Assembly: GCA_017608945.1 (NCBI GenBank)
Contig: JAFCEY010000003.1
Span: 1 to 37,845 of the forward strand
Source of the DNA: Candidatus Pacearchaeota archaeon
GTDB taxonomy: Archaea > Nanobdellota > Nanobdellia > Pacearchaeales > GW2011-AR1
DNA: 37,845 nucleotides
Reading direction: 5' to 3'
In this document: positions 29,823-37,845 of the stretch, piece by piece
Position numbering within the stretch: the stretch's first letter is position 1
Layout of the letters: each line of letters opens with the position of its first letter
Position numbers and translations under genes: made by a program
The notes under the pieces: model-generated
Told to the model about the DNA's origin: nothing
Seen by the model: the letters and a program-made list of their open reading frames with translations, nothing else
Database searches by the model: none

Positions 29823-30362
29823 TTGGTTTTTATATTTATATTCATAAAATTCATTTTTTTTCCTTTATTAAGTTTGGCTGCAGGGACTTCTTTGCCATTA
29901 GCAATTGTTGAATCATGTTCAATGTATCATAAAGGAGATATTTTTTCAGATTTTGATAATTGGTGGAATAGACATGAAGAAAAATATGTTAGTTTAGGAA
30001 TTGACAAGCAAATTTTTAGAGATTTTTTGTTTAAAAGAGGTTTTAATAAAGGAGATATTTTGTTTGTAGTTAGAGCAAAACCAGAAAAACTGGAAATTGG
30101 AGATGTGATAATTTTTGAAGCTGGACAAAGAAATCCAGTTATACATCGCATAATTAAAATTGAAGAGCGAGATGAAAATTATATTTTCTCAACAATTGGG
30201 GATAATAATAATGGACAATTAGTTGTTGAAAGGAGCATAAAAGAAGAGCAATTAGTTGGTAAAGCTGTTTTTAAAATAGTGCCTTTTGTTGGATGGGTAA
30301 AATTAATTTTCTTCGAACATGTGAGGCCAATGGAAGAAAGAGGTTTTTGTAAGGAAAATTAG
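29823..30362 (+). CDS. Signal peptidase I (S26B, Sec11-like); start uncertain
   Basis: AIVESCSMYH, KGDILFV, GDVIIF, PVIHRII, TIGDNN (Ser-His type). Confidence 0.85.
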   Translation: MVFIFIFIKFIFFPLLSLAAGTSLPLAIVESCSMYHKGDIFSDFDNWWNRHEEKYVSLGIDKQIFRDFLFKRGFNKGDILFVVRAKPEKLEIGDVIIFEAGQRNPVIHRIIKIEERDENYIFSTIGDNNNGQLVVERSIKEEQLVGKAVFKIVPFVGWVKLIFFEHVRPMEERGFCKEN

Positions 30363-30515
30363 AATAAATTTGATTTAATTTGTTTGGCTTGTTTGCAGCA
30401 GATAAAAAATTAGGTGAAATTGTTGGCTTTATTCAAGCGTTTTTTAAACTATCTCATGAATTTTGATGAACAAAAGATTTTTAAAGACTATTTTTATTAA
30501 AAAGAGAATTTAAAA

Positions 30516-30827
30516 ATGGAATTTTGTCCAAAGTGTGGGGCGTTACTTGTACAAAAGAGGAAAAATTTTGGTTGTCCTCGGTGTGGTTATTCTTTTAGAA
30601 AGGGAACTAAAATGATTATTTCTGAAAAAATAAATAATAAAAAAGAGGCAGTTGGCGTTTTCTCAAGTAAAGAATCTCAGATTTTTCCAGTTGTTGAGGA
30701 AAAGTGCAAAAAATGTAAAAATAATAAGGCATATTTCTGGACTGTTCAAACACGTTCAGGCGATGAGGCAGAAACAAAATTTTTCAAATGTACAAAATGC
30801 GGATTCACATGGAGAGAGTATAGATAG
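30516..30827 (+). CDS. tfs: Transcription factor S (TFS/RpoM)
   Basis: Two Zn ribbons; QTRSGDEAETKFFKCTKC with the catalytic DE pair. Confidence 0.92.
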   Translation: MEFCPKCGALLVQKRKNFGCPRCGYSFRKGTKMIISEKINNKKEAVGVFSSKESQIFPVVEEKCKKCKNNKAYFWTVQTRSGDEAETKFFKCTKCGFTWREYR

Positions 30828-30869
30828 AGTATATAAAATTTTATAAAATCTGATAGAGTTCTATAAAAA

Positions 30870-31229
30870 GTGAATATAAATGCAATAAAAGAATTGTGTC
30901 GTGAAACATTAAATTCTAAAACTATTGAGGATATTTGTGAATGTAAGAGTTATTGTATATTAAAAGAGATAATTATGCGTGTAGGATTAAGTGAAAAAGT
31001 TCTAAAAGAATTTAAGTGCATAGAGAAACTTAAATATATAAAAAGTGAAGAATTAGGAAGAGACATTGGATGGAAAAATACTTTTTATATATGGGAAAAT
31101 GAAGGATATGCTGAGAAGTTTGATAAAATTTATAATAATGAAATGAATCATAATGAAATCTGGAAACAGATGCTTGAGATGTTTAAAGTTCCAGAACCTC
31201 TTAATGATCCTTCTTACTATATTAGCTAG
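30870..31229 (+). CDS. Hypothetical protein, possibly DUF4032-like
   Basis: KYIKSEELGRDIGW...W...GYAEKF; GTG start with a TATA-like element upstream. Confidence 0.55.
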   Translation: MNINAIKELCRETLNSKTIEDICECKSYCILKEIIMRVGLSEKVLKEFKCIEKLKYIKSEELGRDIGWKNTFYIWENEGYAEKFDKIYNNEMNHNEIWKQMLEMFKVPEPLNDPSYYIS

Positions 31230-31287
31230 TACACAAAAAGCTTCTGACTTACACAACAATTCTACAACATGTTTTTAAACAAAATTA

Positions 31288-31408
31288 TGGCCCCGGAGGG
31301 ATTTGAACCCCCGACACCCGGATTGCTAAGAAACCAAGGTTTCTTTAGCATAATTATCCTTTAGTTTCATAAGAGTCCGGTGCTCTAACCAGGCTGAGCT
31401 ACGGAGCC
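31288..31408 (-). tRNA. tRNA-Lys(CUU) with a 46-nt intron (31324-31369) at position 37/38; CCA not encoded
   Basis: GGCTCCG/CGGGGCC acceptor stem, GCTC/GAGC D stem, CCGGA/TCCGG anticodon stem with CT-CTT-A, TTCAAAT T loop; 75 nt after intron removal. Confidence 0.93.
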
Positions 31409-31494
31409 TAACTATATTAAAATTACATTTACAAGTTTTTAAATTTTTTATATCACAAAATTAATAGAGAAATAAAAAGGAAATAAGTGTATTT

Positions 31495-34128
31495 TTATTC
31501 CTCCCTTTGTACAAGATTTGTAAGTCCTCCTTTCTTTTTTGTTATTATCTTTAAAATATCAAAAACAATAATAATTATTAAAGAAACTGCAAAAGCAATT
31601 AACCAATAAAATAAGCCTACACTTGCAGTTTCAAAAACTCTGTTTAAAGGACTATAAACAACTAAGATTGTTAATAAAATTGATAATCCTGCAGCATAAA
31701 CTGTATATTTGTTTGCAAAGAAAGGTAATTTATGAACAGGATATCTAAAAGATCTAAAATTAAATACATCTGCTATTTCAAAAAATATCAAAGTTATTAA
31801 TGCTACTGTTCTTGCAACAACAATCTCTTGATTTAATATTTTAAGAGTAAAATAAAAAACACTTAATGTTCCTACAGCCATTACAGATCCTGAAATTGCT
31901 AGCAAGATAAATAAATTCTTATTAATAAGGTTTGATTTTTTTCTTGGCTTTACATTCATAACATCATAGGAAGGAGGATTAAAACCAAGACTTAGAGATG
32001 AAAGGTCATCTGTAATAAGGTTCATAAATAATATCTGCAAAGCAAGCAAAGGTAAAGGTAAACCAATAACAATCCCTATAAAAATAATCATTAATTCAGC
32101 ATAATTACAAGCAAGTTGATGTGTCAAAAATTTTCTAATATTGCTGAAAATTGTTCTTCCTTCGCTAACTGCAGAGACAATTGTTGAAAAATTATCATCT
32201 TTTAATGTTAAATCAGCAGCTTCTCTTGAAACATCTGTTCCATTTTTTCCCATTGCCACTCCAATATGCGCCTCTTTTAGTGCTGGAGCATCATTTACTC
32301 CATCACCTGTCATTGTTACTATTTCATTATTTGCTTTTAATGCTTTAACAATTCTAAGTTTATGTTCTGGAACAACTCTTGCAAATATAGCAATTTCATT
32401 TACAATTTTTGCAAGCTCATCGTCGGTTAATTTATCTAAATCCTTGCCTTCGAGGACTTTTCCTTTTAAATTAATTTGTTTAGCAATTGCAAGAGCTGTG
32501 TCTTTATTATCGCCAGTAATCATCTTTACTTTTATTCCCGCAGTTTTGCATAAACTTAGTGCTCCTCTAACTTCTTCTCTGGGAGAATCTTCCATTCCAA
32601 CAATACCCAAAAAAATTAAATTACTCTCAAAATCATTTTTATCAACAGAGTCTGCTTTTTTGTAAGCTAATCCCAAAGTTCTATACTCTTTTGATGTTAA
32701 TTTTTTATTGATTGAGAGAATTTTTTTCCTTTTTTTTTCATTTAATTTGATAATCTTTCCATGCTCATAAATAAATTCACATCTTCTTAATAAAATTTCA
32801 GGAGCTCCTTTTGCATAAACATATTTTCCATTATTTTCTTTTGAAAGAACAGACATTAATTTTCGTTTGGAAGTAAAAGGAATTTCTTCTGTCCTTGTGA
32901 ATTTTAAATCCTCCATAAAAATACCTGCTTTTGCAGCCATTATTAATAAGGCTACTTCTGTTGGAGAGCCTATTGAATGATATTCTTTGTCTGTTCCTTT
33001 TCTTTCTATCCTAGAATCATTACATATGACTGCTGTTTTTAATAATAATTTCAAAATACCTTTTGGAACATTAATTTTCTTTTTTCCATCTAAGAAATCA
33101 CCTGTTGCTTCATAACCAACTCCAGTTATATCAATTACTTTATTATCTGTAAATATTTTCTTTACAGTCATTTCCCCTTTTGTGATTGTTCCTGTTTTGT
33201 CTGCACAAATGATAGTTGTTTCACCGAGAGTTTCTATTATAGACATTCTATTTACAATAGCATTTTTCTTTGCCATCCTGTAAGCTCCAGAAGCTAATGT
33301 AGTTATTAAAACAACAGGGAACCCTTCTGGAAAAGCAGAAACAGATAAAGCAATTACTACCATAAGAACCTCAACAAGCAATGTATAAGAAAAAGGAAGT
33401 CCTCTTATTAACATAATTATACCAGTTAAAACAGATATAGAAATAGCAATAGCTGTCATGTATTTAATAATAGTATTAATTTTATCTTGTAAAGGCAGTT
33501 CTTTTTCTGCAGTTGAAATCATTCCTGCAATTTTTCCAAATTGGGTGCTCATACCAGTATGGATTACCTTGGCAGTGCATTTACCATTAACTACAAATGT
33601 TCCCATGAAAACTATGTTCTCGTCTTTGTAATTTTTCTCACTTTTTACAGCAAATTTTTTTATCTCCTTAGATTCTCCTGTTAAGACAGATTCGTTAACA
33701 ATTAATTCTTTTTCCTTTAAAATAATGCAATCTGCAGGTATTTTTTCACCACTTCTTAAAATAACTATATCTCCTGGAACAATTTCTTTAGAAAGAATTT
33801 CCTTTTCTTTTCCATCTCTTATTACAATTGAAATCGGAACAACCATTTGTTTTAAAGCTTTTATTGCTTTTTCTGCACGATACTCTTGTACAAATCCCAC
33901 AGAAATAACAACGACTATAACTCCTGATATTGCATAAGCTGTAACAGATTCTCCAACAAAAAAAGAAATGAGCATTGCAACAAACAATAAATAAATAATA
34001 AAATTTTTCTTTATTTGTCTAAAAAGAATTTGTAAAGGTGAAACTTTTAAAAGTTCTATAATTTCATTGTAACCATATTTTTTCAGCCTCTTTTTAACCT
34101 CTTTTTCTGTTAACCCTTTTGGCGTCAT
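31495..34128 (-). CDS. P-type ATPase, type II (Ca2+/cation transporting)
   Basis: LTGES, PEGFP, DKTGT, KGAPE, MITGD, TGDGVNDAPALK; about 10 TM helices. Confidence 0.95.
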   Translation of the reverse strand: MTPKGLTEKEVKKRLKKYGYNEIIELLKVSPLQILFRQIKKNFIIYLLFVAMLISFFVGESVTAYAISGVIVVVISVGFVQEYRAEKAIKALKQMVVPISIVIRDGKEKEILSKEIVPGDIVILRSGEKIPADCIILKEKELIVNESVLTGESKEIKKFAVKSEKNYKDENIVFMGTFVVNGKCTAKVIHTGMSTQFGKIAGMISTAEKELPLQDKINTIIKYMTAIAISISVLTGIIMLIRGLPFSYTLLVEVLMVVIALSVSAFPEGFPVVLITTLASGAYRMAKKNAIVNRMSIIETLGETTIICADKTGTITKGEMTVKKIFTDNKVIDITGVGYEATGDFLDGKKKINVPKGILKLLLKTAVICNDSRIERKGTDKEYHSIGSPTEVALLIMAAKAGIFMEDLKFTRTEEIPFTSKRKLMSVLSKENNGKYVYAKGAPEILLRRCEFIYEHGKIIKLNEKKRKKILSINKKLTSKEYRTLGLAYKKADSVDKNDFESNLIFLGIVGMEDSPREEVRGALSLCKTAGIKVKMITGDNKDTALAIAKQINLKGKVLEGKDLDKLTDDELAKIVNEIAIFARVVPEHKLRIVKALKANNEIVTMTGDGVNDAPALKEAHIGVAMGKNGTDVSREAADLTLKDDNFSTIVSAVSEGRTIFSNIRKFLTHQLACNYAELMIIFIGIVIGLPLPLLALQILFMNLITDDLSSLSLGFNPPSYDVMNVKPRKKSNLINKNLFILLAISGSVMAVGTLSVFYFTLKILNQEIVVARTVALITLIFFEIADVFNFRSFRYPVHKLPFFANKYTVYAAGLSILLTILVVYSPLNRVFETASVGLFYWLIAFAVSLIIIIVFDILKIITKKKGGLTNLVQREE

Positions 34129-34220
34129 ATTAATAATTATTTTTTTTAGTTTATTAATGTTGCTGGTTAATTAAAAATTTTTAGCGATATATTTATATAT
34201 TCAAAAATTATAAAATCTTT

Positions 34221-34505
34221 ATGACAGCTGTAATTAAAAGAGGTGGAAGAAAGCAAGCATTTGTTGCAACAAAGATAAGAAGCTCTGTTAGAAAAGCAGC
34301 AAAAGAAGCACGTCTTTCTCCTAAAAAAGTTGAAGCTTTGGTTAAAGAAGTGGCTGAGCCAACAATTTCTTTTTTTAAAAAGAAAAGAAATGTCAAATCC
34401 ACAGATATAAGAAGATCTGTTTTGAGAAGACTTACAAGAAGGTCCAGAGCAGTGTCAGCAGCATGGAGAAGGAACGAGAAAAAGAAAAGAAAGAAAAAAA
34501 GATAA
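34221..34505 (+). CDS. Stand-alone ATP-cone-like protein, extremely basic
   Basis: VIKRGGRKQAF...KIRSSVRKAA...VKSTDIRRSV resembles the ATP-cone consensus VIKRDG...F...KI; TTTATATA lies about 25 nt upstream. Confidence 0.7.
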   Translation: MTAVIKRGGRKQAFVATKIRSSVRKAAKEARLSPKKVEALVKEVAEPTISFFKKKRNVKSTDIRRSVLRRLTRRSRAVSAAWRRNEKKKRKKKR

Positions 34506-34660
34506 TCTTCCATAAAAATAATTAAAATAAGTAGTAGTCAGAGCTTTAAGTTTAAATTACTTGAAAGTAACTTAATGACTTTATGAAATGTATCCAATTT
34601 TTCAATAAATATCAATAATATTCATTTTTTAATTATTATATTTTAATAAATTCTCTTATT

Positions 34661-34927
34661 CTATTTCTTTGGTGCAATTATTTTTAGGATTCCTTTTTTA
34701 AATTCTATTTTTGCCTTTTTTGGATTTATTGAAGGAGTTGTTGTACTATAGCTAAAGGCTTTATAACTTCTTTCTTGGTGCAAGAAATTTTTTCTCTTAA
34801 CTTTAATTTCTCTTTTTTTCTCTGCTTTTACAGAAATTGAGTTCTTTGATAACTTTACTTTTATATTTTTTTTATTGAATTCTGGCAAATTAAGTTTTAG
34901 AGAAACTTCTTTTAAATTATTTTTCAT
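34661..34927 (-). CDS. Minimal Hsp20/alpha-crystallin-domain protein
   Basis: LPEFNKKNIKV, ERSYKAFSYS, AKIEFKKGILKIIAPK; SD-like GGAGGT upstream. Confidence 0.8.
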   Translation of the reverse strand: MKNNLKEVSLKLNLPEFNKKNIKVKLSKNSISVKAEKKREIKVKRKNFLHQERSYKAFSYSTTTPSINPKKAKIEFKKGILKIIAPKK

Positions 34928-34984
34928 TTTTTTGAATACCTCCTTTAATAAATTTATATAAAAAAATTTTTAAATTTTTTGATA

Positions 34985-35017
34985 AATTGACATAATATCA
35001 ATTATTTAAAATCTTTC
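34985..35017 (-). promoter_or_regulatory. Putative hsp20 promoter: BRE/TATA (GAAAGATTTTAAAT) abutting the palindrome AATTGA-N7-TCAATT
   Basis: Inverted repeat at 34985-35003 lies directly downstream of the TATA element on the minus strand. Confidence 0.45.
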
Positions 35018-35036
35018 GGGGCTATGAGTGATAGAA

Positions 35037-35303
35037 TTATTTAATTAATTCTCTGATTTTTTCAATGTAGTCTGCAACTTCCTTGCCTTTGTTTGTAAGC
35101 CTTATTATTTTTATTCGCCCCTTTTTTTCAAAAAAAACAAGTTTTAAGGCTTCTAAAGTTTGAAGGATTTTTACTGCATGGCTGTAAGTGCAATCTACTT
35201 CCTTTGCTAGAACACTCCCATATCTCATTTTTGTATTTTTCTTCAAAGAAACCAACATTAAAGCTGGCTTTCTCCTAAAAAAGGTATCAAAATTGTCTTT
35301 CAT
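35037..35303 (-). CDS. Winged-helix (MarR/ArsR-like) DNA-binding protein
   Basis: YGSVLAKEVDCTYSHAVKIL...EKKGRIKIIRLTNKG. Confidence 0.85.
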   Translation of the reverse strand: MKDNFDTFFRRKPALMLVSLKKNTKMRYGSVLAKEVDCTYSHAVKILQTLEALKLVFFEKKGRIKIIRLTNKGKEVADYIEKIRELIK

Positions 35304-35427
35304 TTTACTTATACAGTTTAATGTATATATTGAGAAAACACCTTCCTTTTAAATCTTTCGTAAAGTATATTTTAAATGAGGAGTTAAGATTATTAAGATT
35401 TATTAACTTTAATTTTCTTAAAAATTC

Positions 35428-36054
35428 ATGGAAAGGAAAATTATGGAAAAGAAAACAAAAATACTTGCTGTAGGGGATATTCATGGAGATACAGGTTTAG
35501 TAAAGAAATTAGCAGAAAAAGCAAAAAAAGAAAATGTTGACTTAGTGATTTTGGCAGGAGATTTGACTCTTGCTGAAAGTTCAACTAAAAATATTATTGG
35601 ACCATTTGTAAAAGCAAAAAAGCAAGTGTTGTTAATTCCAGGGAATCATGAATCTATTGCTACAGCAGATTTTTTAGCAGAACTTTATCCTAATACTAAA
35701 AATATTCACGGATATTCTTTTGTAAAAAATGACTTAGGTATTTTTGGAGTTGGAGGAGGAGATATAGGACTTCATACAGTAAGAGAAGCAGAGATATTTA
35801 ATTTACTAAGAAAAGGGAATGAGAAAGTGAAAAATTTGAAGAAAAAAATTATGGTAACACATATGCATCCTGCTGAAAGCAAGGCAGAGATTTTTGGATT
35901 TAAAGGTTCAAGAGCAATAACAAAGGCGATAAAACAATTTTCCCCAGACATTTTAATAACTGCACATATTCATGAGGCTTCAGGAATAGAGGAGAAAATT
36001 GGAAAAACAAAAGTCATAAATGTTTCAAGAAAAGAAAAGATTTTTGAGATTTAA
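35428..36054 (+). CDS. Calcineurin-like metallophosphoesterase
   Basis: GDIHG, AGDLT, PGNHE, THMHP, AHIHE. Confidence 0.92.
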   Translation: MERKIMEKKTKILAVGDIHGDTGLVKKLAEKAKKENVDLVILAGDLTLAESSTKNIIGPFVKAKKQVLLIPGNHESIATADFLAELYPNTKNIHGYSFVKNDLGIFGVGGGDIGLHTVREAEIFNLLRKGNEKVKNLKKKIMVTHMHPAESKAEIFGFKGSRAITKAIKQFSPDILITAHIHEASGIEEKIGKTKVINVSRKEKIFEI

Positions 36055-36099
36055 GAGAAAACCAATAAAAAATATAAACTCTCTTTCTTCTTACTAAAC

Positions 36100-37845
36100 A
36101 TGCCACGCAAACAAAAAAAACCTATTGAAGAAAGAACAGCAGAGGATTTTTTTCCTGTGGATGAAAATGACTTAAAATATGCAATCGAGAAAAAATATAA
36201 ATCTTCAGATTTGGAAGAGAAGTCTGAGAAGTCAGTCAATAAAAATAAAAAAAGTAAAAAATCTAAGACAACTAAAAAAGAATTCAAAATTCCAAAAATT
36301 ACCTTGAAAAGTAATGGCTATGAACTCATTATTACAGAAAAACCTCAAGCTGCATTAAAAATTTCTTCTGCATTAGGGAAATTTATGAAAAAAAATTTTA
36401 ATGGTATCTCATATTATGAAGTTTCTCGTAACAACAAAAAAATAATTGTTGCGTGTGCAGTTGGACATTTATTCACTCTAAAACAAGTTAAATCTGAAGA
36501 AATTCCAGTTTTCAATATAAAGTGGACGCCGAATTTTATTGTGAGAAAAAGAGACTTTACAAAAAAATATTATGATGTTCTTTTAAAGTTGGCAAAAAAT
36601 GCCGGTAGTTTAACAGTAGCAACAGATTATGATATTGAAGGAGAGGTTATTGGGCTAAACATAGTCAGATTCATTTGCAATCAGCCAGATGCAAGCAGAA
36701 TGAAATTTTCTACCTTAACTCCTTCAGAATTAAATGAATCTTATGAAAATAAGTTTCCAACTTTAAATTGGGGCCAAGCAATTGCAGGAGAAACAAGGCA
36801 TTATTTAGATTGGTTTTATGGAATTAATCTTTCAAGAGCTTTGATGGATGCAATAAAAACAACAGGCAGTTTTAAGATAATGTCAATTGGCAGAGTTCAA
36901 GGACCAGCATTAAACCTTATTGTTAAAAAAGAAAAAGAAATTCAAGAATTTAAGCCAAGAGACTATTGGCAGATTTTCATTAAAGTGAAAAATTCTCACC
37001 CACTTGAGTTAAGATATAATAAAGATATTTTTGATGGAAATGAATTAAAAAAATTTGAGAATTTAAAAGGGAAAAAAGCAAATGCAGAAACAAGGAAAGT
37101 TACACAAAATCTCTATCCAAATCCTCCATTTGACCTTACAAGTTTGCAAACAGAAGCATACAAGCTTTATGGAATAACTCCTCTAAGAACCTTACAGATA
37201 TCACAAAACCTTTATCTTTCTGGTTTAATATCTTATCCTCGAACTTCAAGTCAGAAACTTCCTCCGTCGATAAATTATAAAGAAATTCTCAAAAAACTTG
37301 CAAAAAAATACAAAATTGAAAATCTTATAACTCGAGAAAAGCCTGTTGAGGGAAAAAAGTCTGATCCAGCTCATCCTGCAATTTATCCTACAGGACAGGA
37401 TGATGACAGTGTATTTTCTAAATTATCTAAAGAAGAGAAGAAGATATATGATTTAATTGTAAAAAAATTTCTTTCTTTGTTTTGTGATAATGCAATAATT
37501 GAGAATAAAATTATAAAAGTGAAAGCAGATAATTTCATATTTCTAACAAAAGGCTCTTTTATAAAAAAGAAAGGATGGCTTGAGGTTTATCCAAGTAAAA
37601 TTGTAGAAAAAGAACTTTTTGATTTAGAAGGAGAAGTAGAGATTACTAATGTAAGAGTTGAACAAAAACAAACACAACCTCCAAAAAGGTACTCCCCAGC
37701 GACAATAGTTGCTGAACTTGAAAAAAGAAACCTTGGGACAAAAGCAACACGTGCAGGCATTATTGAAACTTTGTATAGTAGGGAATATATAAGGAACAAA
37801 AGTATAGAAGCAACTCCTTTAGGAATTTCTTTAATTGAAACCTTG
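36100..37845 (+). CDS. topA: DNA topoisomerase IA (3' truncated by the window)
   Basis: Manual translation from ATG 36100: LIITEKP, AVGHLF, ATDYDIEGE, SIGRVQGP, LISYPRT (catalytic Tyr), AHPAIYPT, LGTKATR. Absent from the ORF track. Confidence 0.95.
   Translation, partial: MPRKQKKPIEERTAEDFFPVDENDLKYAIEKKYKSSDLEEKSEKSVNKNKKSKKSKTTKKEFKIPKITLKSNGYELIITEKPQAALKISSALGKFMKKNFNGISYYEVSRNNKKIIVACAVGHLFTLKQVKSEEIPVFNIKWTPNFIVRKRDFTKKYYDVLLKLAKNAGSLTVATDYDIEGEVIGLNIVRFICNQPDASRMKFSTLTPSELNESYENKFPTLNWGQAIAGETRHYLDWFYGINLSRALMDAIKTTGSFKIMSIGRVQGPALNLIVKKEKEIQEFKPRDYWQIFIKVKNSHPLELRYNKDIFDGNELKKFENLKGKKANAETRKVTQNLYPNPPFDLTSLQTEAYKLYGITPLRTLQISQNLYLSGLISYPRTSSQKLPPSINYKEILKKLAKKYKIENLITREKPVEGKKSDPAHPAIYPTGQDDDSVFSKLSKEEKKIYDLIVKKFLSLFCDNAIIENKIIKVKADNFIFLTKGSFIKKKGWLEVYPSKIVEKELFDLEGEVEITNVRVEQKQTQPPKRYSPATIVAELEKRNLGTKATRAGIIETLYSREYIRNKSIEATPLGISLIETL

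Noticed and set aside
3700..33937. Antisense/shadow ORFs in the track (e.g. 3700-4134, 4747-5301, 16047-16535, 32141-32665)
   Set aside because: They lie opposite well-supported genes and show the F/S/I/L-rich composition typical of reverse-complement frames.
34208..34513. Minus-strand 101-aa ORF
   Set aside because: The plus-strand ATP-cone-like ORF has a recognisable fold signature and a correctly spaced TATA element.
36100..36320. Charged N-terminal extension of TopA as another copy of the dispersed element
   Set aside because: It lacks the GAGCGA...GCGA end motif and the middle block.
1..37845. Alternative genetic code or stop-codon reassignment
   Set aside because: Conserved genes translate full length in the standard code, and TAA, TAG and TGA all occur as gene ends.

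Overview
Very AT-rich archaeal chromosomal segment. Gene content and compact, apparently leaderless gene organisation suggest DPANN, most likely Pacearchaeota or Woesearchaeota (inference, no phylogeny run). Housekeeping genes: aIF2-gamma, gyrA and gyrB (split by four small ORFs), rpl7ae-rps28e-rpl24e, a Trm5/Tyw2-type methyltransferase, FEN1, PolB, NOP2/Sun m5C methyltransferase plus a NIP7-like partner, MetAP2, CDC48, signal peptidase I, TFS, intron-containing tRNA-Lys(CUU), a P-type ATPase, Hsp20, a metallophosphoesterase and topoisomerase IA (runs off the right end). Accessory genes: surface and membrane proteins, a serpin beside a deleted tyrosine-recombinase relic, and a frameshifted matrixin remnant. 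No CRISPR array, rRNA or intact transposase was seen. Best leads: (1) a ~180-210 nt dispersed element ending in a GC-rich GAGCGA...GCGA hairpin, found once intergenically and once in-frame inside the NOP2/Sun gene; (2) nucleotide-identical 71-bp and 38-bp tracts shared by the two AAA domains of cdc48; (3) a natural SSYGS variant of PolB motif A; (4) palindromic operator-like sites at the cdc48, wHTH and hsp20 promoters; (5) a tRNA intron with a broken BHB and a competing hairpin.
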